This document shows, one piece after another, positions 1-18,139 of a stretch of DNA of 64,000 nucleotides. The notes under the pieces are model-generated. The model was given only the letters and a program-made list of their open reading frames with translations. It had not been told where the DNA came from and made no database searches. The position numbers and the translations under genes were made by a program. How positions within the stretch are numbered: the first letter of the stretch is position 1; each line of letters begins with the position of its first letter. The stretch comes from Balanoglossus misakiensis (lineage: Eukaryota > Animalia > Hemichordata): contig CM082597.2 of NCBI GenBank assembly GCA_040954595.2, positions 2,962,265-3,026,264 on the forward strand, written 5' to 3'.

Positions 1-8
1 ACCTACAG

Positions 9-198
9 AGTCGTCTTCCAGTTCGCTGGATGGCAATTGAATCTATACAGAATTGCATATACACAGCCAAATCGGATGTCTGGTCTTATGGAATCGTCCT
101 CTGGGAAATTTTCACTCTGGGTAAGGATTAAACTTTGACCGACATGAAATGAATGGAGTATTCTAACATCACCGATATACAGATTTATACGACATGTC

Positions 199-229
<31 letters not shown>

Positions 230-917
230 TGTACCGTATGTACCAGTATGTATGTATGTATACCTTTACTTTTCAACAATTTTTTCTATCTGTGAAGGTG
301 ATAATCCTTATCCCGGCATGCCAATAAATGACGTCATATATGAAGTCAAACAAGGACACAGAATGGATGCACCATCTTACGCTGATGATGTTATGTGAGT
401 AAATTAACAAAATGCGCCCAGAATTCATACATGTCCTTTGGTGACTTCAGATTAATAGTGGGATCTCACAGGTAAAATAAGCATGTGTGACGCAATTTTG
501 CTTTAGGGAAGTTTAAATTCATCTAGTTTCATTTCTTGCTTTTCAAAGACCAGAACTTATACCATATTATTTAATGTTTAAAAATTGTTGTCATAGGTAC
601 GCTATAATGTGGGAGTGCTGGGTGGAGGAACCTCAGAGCCGACCATCTTTTCTGGAGATGGCCAGTATCATCGAAGTAAATTACTCGGACGCCGGGGTAA
701 TTTTTTTCTTTTGTATTTTTGGATATAAAACATGTGGGCGATTGACAGTGATTTTTAGCAAATGTACCGGTATACCGGTATATTCGCGGTGCATGTTTTG
801 ATTGATCAATTTCAAAAATTTACCTTTTTGGTTTTGATGAATAAATCGATGATTTGTTGGTTTTTCCAGAGTTATGTCAAGCTCCGTGAAAATGCATCAA
901 TCGAGGGAACGACATAG
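9..917 (+). CDS. 3' end of a receptor tyrosine kinase-family gene (kinase C-lobe; partial, begins before the window); tandem paralog of the gene at 3753-10886
   Basis: Phase-consistent GT-AG exons 9-120, 298-394, 597-696, 870-917 translate to [45 protein letters not shown]...[18 protein letters not shown]...[15 protein letters not shown]. These are tyrosine kinase subdomains VIII-XI. Catalytic motifs lie outside the window. Confidence 0.92.
200..260. repeat. (ATGT)n microsatellite, intronic
   Basis: Direct reading; explains the MYVC-repeat pseudo-ORF. Confidence 0.9.
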
Positions 918-3752
918 GCAACACCACAGATTCAGAGATACTATTCGAAAATCTGCACCTGCGAAGTCTTATTGAGTACAGAAATCCATTTACAAGTTTC
1001 CAACTGGCACAGTAACCTATCTTGAGTTCACTGCCCTCCAGAACAGTGTCTACTTGCTAGTGTAGAATCAGTGCAAATCTGAGGAGGTCACTTATCACGT
1101 GTTGTCTATCCGTGGATGGGAAAGAACTGTAAATTGAACAGAGCGACCGGACCAATATTTACCGATAGTAGAGCTGACCTTTGTCTATATTGCTTTGATC
1201 TGCCTGTTAACACGACACCCAAAGGTGGTTATAGTGTACACTTGTCATGTATAATACGACATGTCAAAGTGCCTTCAAAGGCTGATGATACTTTTATGAT
1301 TATCATTTGATCTTCACTGTGGCTCGGCATTCTCAAGAAATCACACCACAGACAGAAATATTATGCTATTTGTTTTCTAATTCCAACCAATATATTTCAA
1401 GCAGTGGCGTGACACCTAGCTGACCTTTAACATGTAATCCAGTATGAAGTACATTTCAATACGCTTGCTCTACGATGCGACTGTTACGAAAAAACAAATT
1501 AATAATCATCACTTATGGTTGAAGAACTTCTCCATTCCATGGTCAGTAAAATTAATCACATATGTAGACAACTACCGTATGTTTTATTAAATTATGTATG
1601 ATATTAACATTTTGTTCAGCTGCTGTTTTGGAATGCATATTTTTATCAAACAAAATAAACTTCCTATGATTTGTTTAAATTTAGATTTGTAGCTGCTTGT
1701 TGTGAGTGAGTGAGTGAGTCAGTGAGTGAGTTAGTCAGTCAGTCAATGTTGCTGTTGTTGCGCTTTTGCCGTGTAAACCTTGTGCCGTATGAGTGAGTGG
1801 GTGGGTGGGTTTTTCCTGGGTAGGTGACTATAGTGCGTGTGTGTGTGGACATGGCATGAAACAGGAACGGTCAAAGAAGAAATATTTATACAGAGAAAAG
1901 CGGACCAACGTACTTTTGTATAAAGTCTATGATAATAACCTTATTCTCTATGGCACGACTATTGCTGATTGCTATTTATCTAGTATGATGTCATCGAGGC
2001 GACAAGTATACTCGGGGACGATGTCGTCGCCAGTCGATTTTTGCTCCACCTATGAATTTATCACTGTGTTATCTCGTTAACCGTAGTCACCAGAGTGGTA
2101 CAGATTGTCTTATTTTTTTGCCCTGGTTTTTCCGCGTTCCTAGGTTGTCATGATAATTTATATACAGCCGTTGTATGTACTGGTGTCAGAGCAGATGCAG
2201 ACGGGCAGAACCTTTAAACTTTATCTGTCGAAAGACAGCGGGTGACACGTCGCCCTCATTGTTCAACTGTAGAATTACAATGTAAGGACACGTGTATTTA
2301 TTTTTCTTTCGCCAGTGAGGGCGAATGTTGAAAACTAAATCGAACATGGAGTAGGCCCTATACTAGGCCTATACATGTGTGCATATTTCTAGAAACAAAT
2401 AGAATCTGAGATGTAAGTGCATGGCCTATGGCAGACCTGCATGTATATACAATTGGACTAGAAATACCAAGTGTCCAAAAAGGTGACAAATTATTTAATG
2501 ACATTCTGACGTCTGAGAGCGACCATTACCACAACTTGATTTGAGTTTTCAAATTTGTGAGTGTTGAAGTTGGCTGTGCACTACAAGAGATTTATTAAAT
2601 TGCCCGCGCGGTGGCGTGTTTCAAGATGGTGTCCTGTGCATGCAGTGCACTAATTTGACCTGAAACATCTCCTACGTGTCATATGCATGGGAAATAGCTC
2701 AAAAATGACAAATTTTTGACTTTGTGAATTTTGGTCATTTTGGCATTTTCATGTCATAAGTTCTCTGCAAATTTTTCTTGACCTAGAATGTTTACCCGAG
2801 ATATGGCATAATAAGACGATGCTTCCAGACTTTTCACCATTCAATGCAGACGCCAGCAGACTTCATGCAGGAAACAGCCAATCAGTGACTCACAGTCATT
2901 CCAGTAAATTAATTAGGAAAAGGCAATTAATTATGAGAACCGCCACAATGAAACGTAGCACCCCCAATAGCAGAAGATCGATAGGTGATTTGCTTCTAAA
3001 GTACATTTGTTATGTGACATGCGCCCCCTTACTATCGATAACGCCATTTAATAAAGTCAACGTTTTCTCACCTTTTCCAACCTTTGACCACCTACTAAAA
3101 GAGTGCATGTTGACCCAAGAAGTTGCGTTATGCGTACGCGGAAACAGTAAATATAGCACGTATAAGAGTGTTTCTCTCCTGTAGACTCGCAAAAGGAAAT
3201 CAATGCAATGCAGAAGTAACAGCTGTAAAGGGTGAGTTTCTGCTTGAAGTTGTCATGGGCGGGACAACCAATCACAGCCAAAAGAGTAATAAGATTATTC
3301 AGGTTTCCTTGCCTATATTTTGTGTGAGTCAAGAATATGCAGTCCCACTGAAACTTGTCTTGTCACGTGTTACCAGAACACAGCAACATAACGGAACTGA
3401 GACCAGCACAATGTATATTCTTACAAACTAAACTCCCTGGACTTTTGTCAAAAGTAGATCAATGCTGAGTGGACGTATATTATTTTTTTTAAATGACTGT
3501 GAATGTGATCAGTATTAGTGGGTTTAAGTGACATGAATTTTACATACTTAGGTAAACCCCTAAAAGCTGACTACATGATGACTAGATGGACAGAGTGACA
3601 TATGCCGGTTTTACCAATTTCACTCAGTTTAGTTTGTTCTGATTTAATTCGATTGCATTTGACTTTTTTGATGTGTATCTTTCACAGATTTGCACGTTGA
3701 GATATCCACGCATTGATCAAAAGCCAAACGACTACGATCATTCTATTTAAAT

Positions 3753-5726
3753 ATGGTGAACGCATTTGTCATTACCGTATTTCTGATTTCTGCGCTTCTA
3801 ATAGGTGAGCAAATCAAAGTGCATGATTTTTCGACCTTCTCTTCCAATTTGAGGACTCAATATTTCTATAATGGGTTTTGATTCATCTCATTTATATTAT
3901 TCATTTTCAGGGATTGGTCGTTCCTGTGACGTAATAATACCATTTCCAGAGATAGCTGGCACGGCCGGTTACGATTCTATACTACACTGTTCATACACAA
4001 GTTGTTTATTCCATCATTATGACGTATATATTTATTGGTACAATGGGACAGATATAATTCTAAGAAAACGTTCTTGGGACGGAACAGTGGATACCAGTTC
4101 ACGTTACCCTGACCGCTTTTCAGTGGTCGGTGAAGCAAACCTGCTAATAAAAAATGTAACAACCGCAGACCAAAATACGTACATGTGTGAAGTTGAAGAA
4201 CGTCGGTATCATACTAGTGATTATGGAAAAGTAACATTCAACGTGACAGGTAAGTATATCTGCATGTAATAAATTAAAGATATTCACTAAGTGACCTCCT
4301 CCCTCGGCATTACGAAAAATGAATGTAGAATCCATGAGATTGTGAACATTTGCTCTTGACCTATTGAATGGGATAGGAAGCACATAGTATTAAATGAAGA
4401 TATTTTTCGTGCTGTACTTGTCTCCGATAGTAAAGATTATATTGTGCGATCACCCGTAAAGGTTTTGGTATAAATGCATGGGGTTTACCATGGCTATACA
4501 TGCATACACTCTGTATATCCGACACAATGAACCACACTGTAGCTCAATTGGAAGATTTTGGACAAAAACAAAATCTAGGAAAAATTACAAATATGTGAAA
4601 TCCAATATGTTTTTTATATTTTTCATAGAACCGTTTGCGCCAGAGGACATTTCAATGCACATCAACACATCAATGGTTGTTGAAGGAGACGATGTAAGTC
4701 TAAGATGTCAAGCAAACGGCGCACCTCCACCGAAATATGAATGGACATTGCAAGGACAACTTCCTGGATCAGGAAATAACAACTTGAACGAAGATGGGAG
4801 TCAGTTATCCATTACAAATATTCAAAGATATGAAAGTGGTAACTACGAATGCGTCGCCATCAATGGAGAAGGGACATTAATGACGTCATTAACTGTAGAC
4901 GTATATTGTAGGTCAATATTCCTCTCTCCACATTTCTCATCTTTAGATTGAATGGTGGTTAATTGTACACATCCTAGTTGTCTCCCAGAGGAAATGGGCC
5001 AAAACTAACACATTGTCTTGACATACCTAACATTACTATGCGAGCGTTCGTTTACGGAGTACAGGTATCCCTATCACGTGCAGTTGCATAAGTGTGTGTA
5101 CAAGTGATATATGATAATTCTTGCTTTCTTTCTTTCTCTCGTTTCTTGCTTTCTCACCTGCTTCCCCAACCCCTTCCTCACTCCCTCCCCTCAGACCCAC
5201 CTGATGAAAACTGGCCAAAATGTGGGATACTTGTGTCTACTAACGAGGAGTACATGAAGGAGGGTGACGACGCCGAACTGGTTTGTAACGCAACGGACGG
5301 CAAACCTACTCCTGAGTTACAATGGTACAAAGGCAGTTCACTCCTGGAAGGCGTTGATTCCCAAATCGGTTTGGTGACCAGGAACACATTTAGATGGGTT
5401 TTGACGTCACATGACAATGGTGCTGAGTTTCGCTGCCATGGATTTCATGACGTCACAGGGGTTTCCCGGGAGTGTATGATCACGTCACTAGACGTGAAAT
5501 GTAAGTATCATCCTTCCATCCTGGTTGTGTGTGGTATTGACTTTCATAACTCAGGGTGATTTTACTGTGTGGTATTTGCTCACCTCGGATACGCCACAGC
5601 ATAGTTGAGATGTATGGTGTAAATGAACCTAAGCCAACGCCTATTCTCAATTCCTGCGCACCCTACTAGCATATGTAATTCTTTTCGGCAAATCAAAGTG
5701 TGTTATATACCGGTACATGTATTTCT

Positions 5727-5759
<33 letters not shown>

Positions 5760-8700
5760 CCTGCCTTTATCTGTATATCTCTGTTTATATACAACACGAT
5801 TACAGACATTCCCGACTCCCCCATGTGCAGTGACGTGACATCTATAATTTACCAGGAGGGCGAGATGGCCACAGTGACGTGTGAATCTGAAGACGGGAAT
5901 CCACGTGCAAAATTACGCTGGCTAAATTCCACTGACCTCCTGAGTGAAACTGATCCACCGTACCAAACTGACGCCGCTGTGAACAATTACAGCTGGAGAG
6001 TTTCGCGAGCAGACAACCGTGGAAGTTTTCACTGCAAAGCAACGAACCTAGTCCAGCATAACCCTCTTACGTGCAACACTGGTGTTTTTAAAGTCTTATG
6101 TAAGTCACAATGATAAACAGCAAATTATTGTACTTCTACCATTCAAGTCATTGGCCAGGTTGTTTCCACACCACCACATGTTAATGGATAATATTAGCTT
6201 ACTTATGGCTTTATGTGGGTTAGTTCTAAACCGTTGCTTTCATTTACATCATATTATGCTTAGTTCCTGCGAGAGAAGCCATGCTTGCTGGGTATACTGG
6301 TCCACTGAAAGTTGGTGACCACATGGTCTTCACCTGTACAACCGGGACAAGCAACCCACAGGCTGAAATCACTTGGTTCCAAAACGGCAACGTTATTGAA
6401 GGAAGTGGTGACGAAAACATCGGCGAGGAAAGAACCCAAGATGGTGATTTTCATGGATTGGTGACCGCACAAAATCTAACTATTGGTCTTTTGCCTTCAC
6501 ATAACGGTGTTATTTATCACTGCAGAGCTAATAGTGGTGGACCGACTTCGGCTGTTTCACATTATGAGAAAATTGAAGTTTACTGTGAGTATTTCTCAAA
6601 TATGCGCTGTTGACATCTACGATAGTATACATACACACACACATGTAAGAATCTAGCCTTCACTTTGTCTGTCTGTCCCCTACCCCCTTCTCTCACCAGT
6701 TCCACCAAATCAACCCGAACAATGTCAGACTAGCATCGTTGGATACATCAACCCCATACTTGAAGGCGAGACTCTCACACTCACTTGCCGTTCGTGCAGT
6801 GCCAACCCTGTCGCAGTGATCACGTGGTTCAAGGCCAATGTCAACATCACATCAGGCGTCGACGCAACTGAGTATTCGGATGGGCATTACAATGGCAAAT
6901 TGTCGACGTCGCGTTTCAGTGAAACGGTGGCCTTTACCGATCACAAGGCAGAATACAGATGTGAAGCTGCTAACCACGTTCATTTTCCAGACAAGTATTA
7001 TCCATCCCAAACTTTGACGATACACGTCTATTGTAAGTACAGTAAATGTCATTTGTCTTATGTTAGCAATTAGATATGTTATTTAGAACAAGATATGCCT
7101 GTCTTGCTCGTCACTCATGTGAAACTTTTTTCCCATACGATGACATAACCACATTATGGCAATACTGTTGTTTCATAAAACACCTCATTTGATCAAATTT
7201 TAGTTTACTGTGGTCTTTTCCTATACATAGATGCACCCCGGATGTTTGGTGACGCCAATACAACAACGGTACATTCAGGGAAAACCGCCATGCTTGTCTG
7301 CAATGTCAACAGCAATCCCCGCTCAGTGGTCACGTGGTATGACCAAAATGGCCTTGCTATCACCAACGTCACCAGTGGTTATTTGATAATAGAGGAATGG
7401 CAAGATGCCAGTACATCCACCCGCAGTTATCTCAACATCAACGCCGTCACTGTGGACAACATCGGGAACTACACATGCCAGGCCAATAACGTGGTGGGAG
7501 AGACCGTACTTGTCATACCGGTCGACGTTACTGCCATTGGTAAGTTATGGCACCAGTATCTTGTGCACTTTTACTGGCTGGAAAACAATAATTGTTTTTC
7601 GTTCGTTGCACAGTACTGGTGAACAACAATTTCCAATGTTATTGCTAAGGCAACTTTTTGTAACTGATCAACTAACCATAGTGTTTTAACTTAATTTAGG
7701 AAACGCCCTACCAATCGTTGCAATGTCACTATCACTAGGAGGTGGCGTTTTACTGTTAGTCTTACTACCAGTGATAATTGTCTTATACAGGAGAAGGAGA
7801 AAAAAGACACCTGAGGCTAAAGGTTAGGAATTACAAATACCGAAGGTGGTGGTGGTGGTGGTGGTGATGATGATGATTTACTATTAGTATAATTGTTATT
7901 AATTCCAAATTTTTTCTTTTGACAGATGTACAGAATGAAGATGGGTAAGTATACGTAACATTATATTCTAAGCCAGTACAGCTTTCTGCGATCTTTAACC
8001 TTTTCCTTATAAACTATACAGAACCTTGTTTAAATCTTTTAAACATTTATAATGTATATTTGTGTGTAGATCAATTTACGTAGGTCTTACTAGGACAGAC
8101 GAAGGGGATTATATTAAACTTCACTTTCCTGGTAGCAATACAGGTATGTAGTAATTTCTACGGGACCACTTTCACAATCCTTGTATGTTTACGCAACAGA
8201 ACCATTCTCTCTGAAGTAGCCAATACATTCTGCAAGTTTTAATTGTTTCTTAATATCATCTTCGGATTTGTCGCCTTTCTTAAAATTGGTCGCTTGCTAT
8301 AGTGTTATGCAATACTCTTTCTCACGACAGAAACCAGTGATGGTGAAGTAAATCCCATGGGTGAGGTAAGAGAATATATCTGACTAGACAGCATCTGATT
8401 TTCAAGACTGCGAATATGTGCTCAGAACCAAACACGCAAGTTGCCTGCAGATATGCAAATTTGAGATATATTCTAGAAAATTGAGATATGTTCTTGAAGA
8501 CATAATTCTCTTAAACATCATTTAGCAAAGTTGCCATCACAACTATGATATAGCAATGTTCAGACTACCACTTAGCACAAAACACTAGCATTTAAATTTA
8601 AATGATGCAGTGATAGACAGGACTGACATAATTGCATTACATCCCACCAGGTGACCGAACAACAGGTCAGTGGTATTGACCTGTCTGACGAGATAAAACT

Positions 8701-10886
8701 CGATACGCTGACGATTATCGGTAATCTATCAACGGGACTGTTTACAAAGCTAGTCAAAGGGGAATTACCGTTGACAGAGAGAAGTAGACTTGTCGTCAGT
8801 GTGAAAATTCTAAATGACAAAGGTAAGAAAATGAGTTGCAGATAGTGTATGATAGAAAAAGTACATAAGTGTGTGTTTGACGTGTTTTCTACCTGTAATG
8901 TCAGTGTATCTTTTTAATGCCCATGATGTGTAGGGACACTTTTGAAATGCCTTTGAAGTCAGACTATATTTGTTCACCTCTAATGCTTGCAGTCGGAAAT
9001 ATCAAGAGGTGATTTGGATGCCTTGGTTGTATAGGTACTCTTTTGAAGTGAAGGGGCACTTTTTATAACTTTGTTTCATTGGCAGGTGTGGACGGGAGTG
9101 ATGTGGATAAATTTCTTTTGGATGAAATACGCTTTGTGAAGACACTACCAGAACACGAGAATATAGTGAAGCTGCTACGATGTGCCTCTTTGGAGGGTAA
9201 ATGCTGAATTGTACCATAATTACAACTGGCTCAACATCTATATAATTTTTGTTGATAATCCTAAAGGGATTAGGAGTGCAATGAAAATTCGAATGGACAA
9301 GAGAGAGAGAGAAAAATCTAATATTTTTCATCATCACAACCCATGAGCCCTCTCCCATTGCATTTGAAATGTATTATCTGGTGATCACTAAATTCAGTCA
9401 ATCGTTATATCGTTGGAACTAGAGATTATATTGGCCAATAATGATGTCACGGTATATCCATAGTGACTTGAATCACTGTTTAGACTAATTTTACTTCCAT
9501 GTATGGTTTATTTCAGCCCCGCACTGTATTGTGTATGAATATTGCCCCTACGGTACCCTGAAGGAATACCTTGGCGAGATGCGAGTTGAAGCAGAGAGAG
9601 TTGACTTGGAGGAAATAGAGGAAGAGACATTCAACAAGCTATGTACATTTGCCCTACACGTGGCCAATGGTATGGCATACCTGGAAGAAATACAGGTGAG
9701 ACAAACTCACAATCTTTTGATTTGTACATGACTGAATTCATCCCAACAATGGAAATGTTAAGATACAATCTGGTTTTATTTGCAGTGTGTTCATCGAGCC
9801 CTTACCGCCAGAACTGTTCAGGTGGGACAGAATTACGTCTGCAAGGTGTCAGAGTTCAGCTACTGTTCCACGGTCATGGACATGGGCACTTATCTCAATG
9901 TGATGGAGGTACGTTGCTTGTATACTGAACATGTGCATATAAAAATTGTTAGTCAATCTTCCTTCAATTTCCTTGTCTCTGTCAGTGATGCATCGATGTC
10001 ACTGTCACCTACATGTACTGTATGTGATGTTGCTGTCGCCTTTCTTTCTTAGCGACGTCTCCCATTACGTTGGATGCCACTAGAGTCCATTGAAAGGTGC
10101 ATATACTCGAGCAAGACGGACGTCTGGGCCTACGGTGTTGTATTGTGGGAAATATTCAGTTTTGGTAAGTGAGGGGAGAATTGAGACCGTTTTCCTTTTC
10201 GACCAAAAGAGCAGTCAAATAATATGATCCACTATACAGTGTTGTTTTGTAGGAAAGCTGAATAGGTACACAGTTAAAACCACTGATGTTTATGCTAATC
10301 ACAATATCAAAGACCTGTTTCTTCATTCTATCTGCAAGTATCATCATACATATGCAATTTCAAACTATAACCGGAGTCTTGATTTTGAATTAAGGGGACA
10401 AGCCTTACCCAAACATGTCACCGAAGGATGTTATAACCGAACTCAAGAAAGGTTACAGGATGCCCAAAGCAAAACACTCGGACGAGACCATGTAAATATT
10501 ATCATATATAGGCCTAAGTTAACTGTTTGAGTCCACATCATGTTAATTAAGGAACAGTATGAGCAATAATTAGTGTATATTTCAGCCAATCGCGTACAGT
10601 AACAAAATCTGGACCATGTGAGTCGTGTAATTTGTTGGTTTACTTTTAAAACAATATACTGTGATTATCGTCAAGGAAACCTGAAAGTCACAATAGCAAT
10701 AACGATTAACGCTAGCCATTATAAAAATGCTGCAATGATGAATGAGGCCAAACTATCACAATTTACAGTTATAAACATTGAATTCATTCTAGTGATCGTG
10801 TTATGGAAGAATGCTGGTTGGATGATCCGGAAAACAGGCCGTCATTTCAGGACATAGCAGCTTCAATTAACACTAGTCTACCGTGA
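3753..10886 (+). CDS. Ig-superfamily receptor tyrosine pseudokinase: signal peptide, 7 Ig domains (V-set plus I/C2-type), TM, juxtamembrane ITAM, degenerate kinase
   Basis: Exons: 3753-3804 ([18 protein letters not shown]); Ig exons 3911-4249, 4629-4907, 5195-5500, 5806-6099, 6264-6584, 6700-7032, 7231-7539 (all phase 1, C...W...YxC pattern); TM 7700-7822 ([32 protein letters not shown]); 7926-7944, 8070-8143, 8331-8365; kinase 8651-8822, 9086-9196, 9517-9695, 9786-9908, 10053-10164, 10395-10491, 10793-10886 (stop). Kinase motifs read NLSTGLFT / VSVK / HRALTART / EFS. Confidence 0.9.
8077..8121 (+). other. Encoded ITAM (YVGL-x7-YIKL) in the juxtamembrane segment of the pseudokinase receptor
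   Basis: Spliced translation [24 protein letters not shown] matches YxxL-x(6-8)-YxxL with acidic residues upstream of each Tyr. Confidence 0.8.
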
Positions 10887-12266
10887 CACAAAGGTAGGGG
10901 GAGGGGCAACTTCATAAGAGACTGGGCTGGAATGATTACACTGATCAGCACTCAGCTTGTGTTGTGCTGTACTCGACGGAGGGTCGCTGTACTGTAGATG
11001 TGTACAAACAGGGATCTTAACATGGGCTCGGTAAAATGACATTTGTAGACAAATTTTTGTCACCATAAATATTCACTCAGTGTCATTCCTAACTAATTAT
11101 TAAGGATCGATGTTATTGATTTCTTTACAGGGACTTGTCACTTTTGTGACTGGTGCGGTTAGCTGAGATGGGGGACTATCTACCAAACAGCTCATTTATC
11201 TTTCCTCATAATCCGTAGCTGACAAGGTCGTCTGCATTTGCCGTGGTGTTTGATTGGACGTTGTTGGCCCTACAAATAATAATTTTCACACGCTATTTAG
11301 ACCTAGTATAACAATACATTTAAATAGCCAACATGTGTTTTTTTTTTCATATCATGGAAAATAGTTGTTTCAACATTTAATTTGTTCACCAATAATTGGT
11401 GTGTCGGGAGAATTTGAACTCTGATTTCAGTAAACATTTTTGTACTGTACTTTGAATTTACTCTGCATTTTGACTCAGAGAAGTGAAGATATATATTGTC
11501 TGTGGCCTGTTTGTGTCTACCAGTTTGCATTATAATTGTATATCCATTCCTTTGTATAGTACCGACAGCTCTAACACAACAGATCCGGGTTCATAACGCC
11601 CCTTGGATCAAGAAAGGCTGACACACTTTAAGTTGAATGAACAGTGACCTCTCGATGCTGACCTCTGGTTTTTTTTCTCGTCCATATTTCCGCGTTCCAT
11701 TTTCATTTAACCAGACGCCGACACACAGAAGACTATTGTCAGAAGACTATGACACCCTATTGTTTGTCAACGCAAATCTAGTGTCTCAAAATATTACACA
11801 CAAGAAAAGTTACATCGACAAAAGAACAGTGACCATACTTTAAGATTTATTTTTGCTATTGAAACGTTCAATAAAGATTTTTACGAGTTTCGCTATATAC
11901 GTAAAGTATTTATGGCTTATTTGGCAGCTGTTAACGACTTATGAATGTTGAAGAGTTACGTCTCAAGCACGTAAGCAGTTGAAGTTTGGGGGCCAGGCAG
12001 GCAGTGGAAAGAGTTCACCAAAAGAGGGCGTATTGGTAAGAGAAGGGTCTGACCGTAAGGCCGTAGGCCTAAGAGAAGGCCAGAAGAAGAAAAAAAAATA
12101 GGCTGACCGACAACTTTATCTATCAAATCCCTGAATAAATCCATGCTGAAAGAATGGCAGCGACACTGGCCAAGAACGTTATCGCAAAGAGTGTAGTTTT
12201 CGGTTACGACAAATGTCAAGCAAACAAACGTCCAAGGTTTCATAGCTGGACCAGGAGTATGACACC

Positions 12267-16671
<4,405 letters not shown>

Positions 16672-18139
16672 TAGCCGCCGAGCTGTTGTTCTGTGACGGT
16701 AACACTGAGAAGATAGAGCAACAATTGGAACCTCGGTGTAACATATTCCACGGCTCATTAAATTATAAAATTGACATCATAAAAGTCTTGAGGACTGATG
16801 CCAGGTTTAATGAAGAAACGTTACTCTCAGTAAAAACAGCCAGCAACTAGAATGTAGAGGCAGTGTGGTTCATGAAATCTCTTATGAACTAATGTTATAC
16901 CATTTCTATTATATTTGCAGGCATAGACCTACGTGTGTAAGTTTGCTAATTAAAAAGCCACCATAGACCAGAATGAGTGAAAACCATAATTTCTTACATA
17001 ATTCACATATTGGACGCCATGCATCCTTTCACAGCTTGCCTGACAACACGTTGTCATGGACATAAATCCTGGCAAAAATGTAACAATATCGGTATAGATT
17101 TATGCGGTAACGGGCTCGTAGTTGCTTCAAGGCTTAGGTAGAAATTCACACTTAACAAATCTCCCTCTGAATATACGTTTACACCATACGTACTTTGAAT
17201 TCATTTCTTCCAGTTTTCATTTCTCCCACGTGACAAATACATCGGGTAAAAACATATGCGTTATATACCAAAACATTGTACCATTTTGTTACCATGTGCA
17301 CAGCTTGGGAACACTAAATCGTTACAGCAACTGTAACCCGGCAACTTTGCTTGGGCTAAACGGCTTTGCCTTTCATGCATGACAACCACATACCAATACT
17401 AACTGGTAAAGGGAGCCGCCTCACTTCATACAGTCGGAGTGCGAGCATGGCGAGTTGGTCGCCGTGGATCATGTTAAAATCGCGATACAATATTTGCATG
17501 TCTCAACATGCGCGTCACCATTCACAACCATCCAGCCAAATGGGGACTTGGGTCCAGCGTATACGACACACTGTTGAAGTGGGATAGTTGTCACCGATAT
17601 GAAAAGTGTCTAATTTTGAACAGCAGCTGTCGGCCGGTAAAAAAATCCGTGCCAAGGGATTATCAAGAACAGCGGATGTGAATCCACAATGATACCATTC
17701 GCACGGCAACTTGTATACAGAGGAGAGGGTTCAATACTCCTTATAAGGTCAGTATACTGTAAGTTAGCTCATGTTCAAACATATTCTTATGAATTTCTGA
17801 AAGCATAACTGCTTATATCCATGACAATGTAAACCATTATGTTATTTAGTTCTATTGTCTTCTAAAATTAAGAAGTAGCGGCCACTATGCTTTATTTGCT
17901 CTGGGAAGAACACTAATGATGAAATATACCATTTTTATACTGGTATGTATGTACATGTACAATATCCACCAAACCAACAACCACCAAAACCACCACCCAC
18001 GCCGCCACCACCAAAACCATCAACACCACCACCCACGTCGCCATCATCATCATCATGGAACAAAAGTAACAGCTTCTGGCATGTTAAACACTTTCACCCC
18101 AAGTTGCCCGAGTAGAGGTCCAACTTTGCCATATAAAAA

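Noticed and set aside
3753-10886. Naming the gene PTK7/CCK4 or VEGFR because of 7 Ig domains plus kinase
   Set aside because: Degenerate motifs (HRA/EFS) differ from PTK7 (HKD/ALG), there is no long kinase insert as in VEGFR, and the Ig domains look V plus nephrin-like C2; orthology cannot be supported without a tree.
3753-10886. Calling the pseudokinase gene a pseudogene
   Set aside because: The frame stays open with canonical splice sites across 19 coding exons; the only lesion is a possible +1 shift after the kinase domain.
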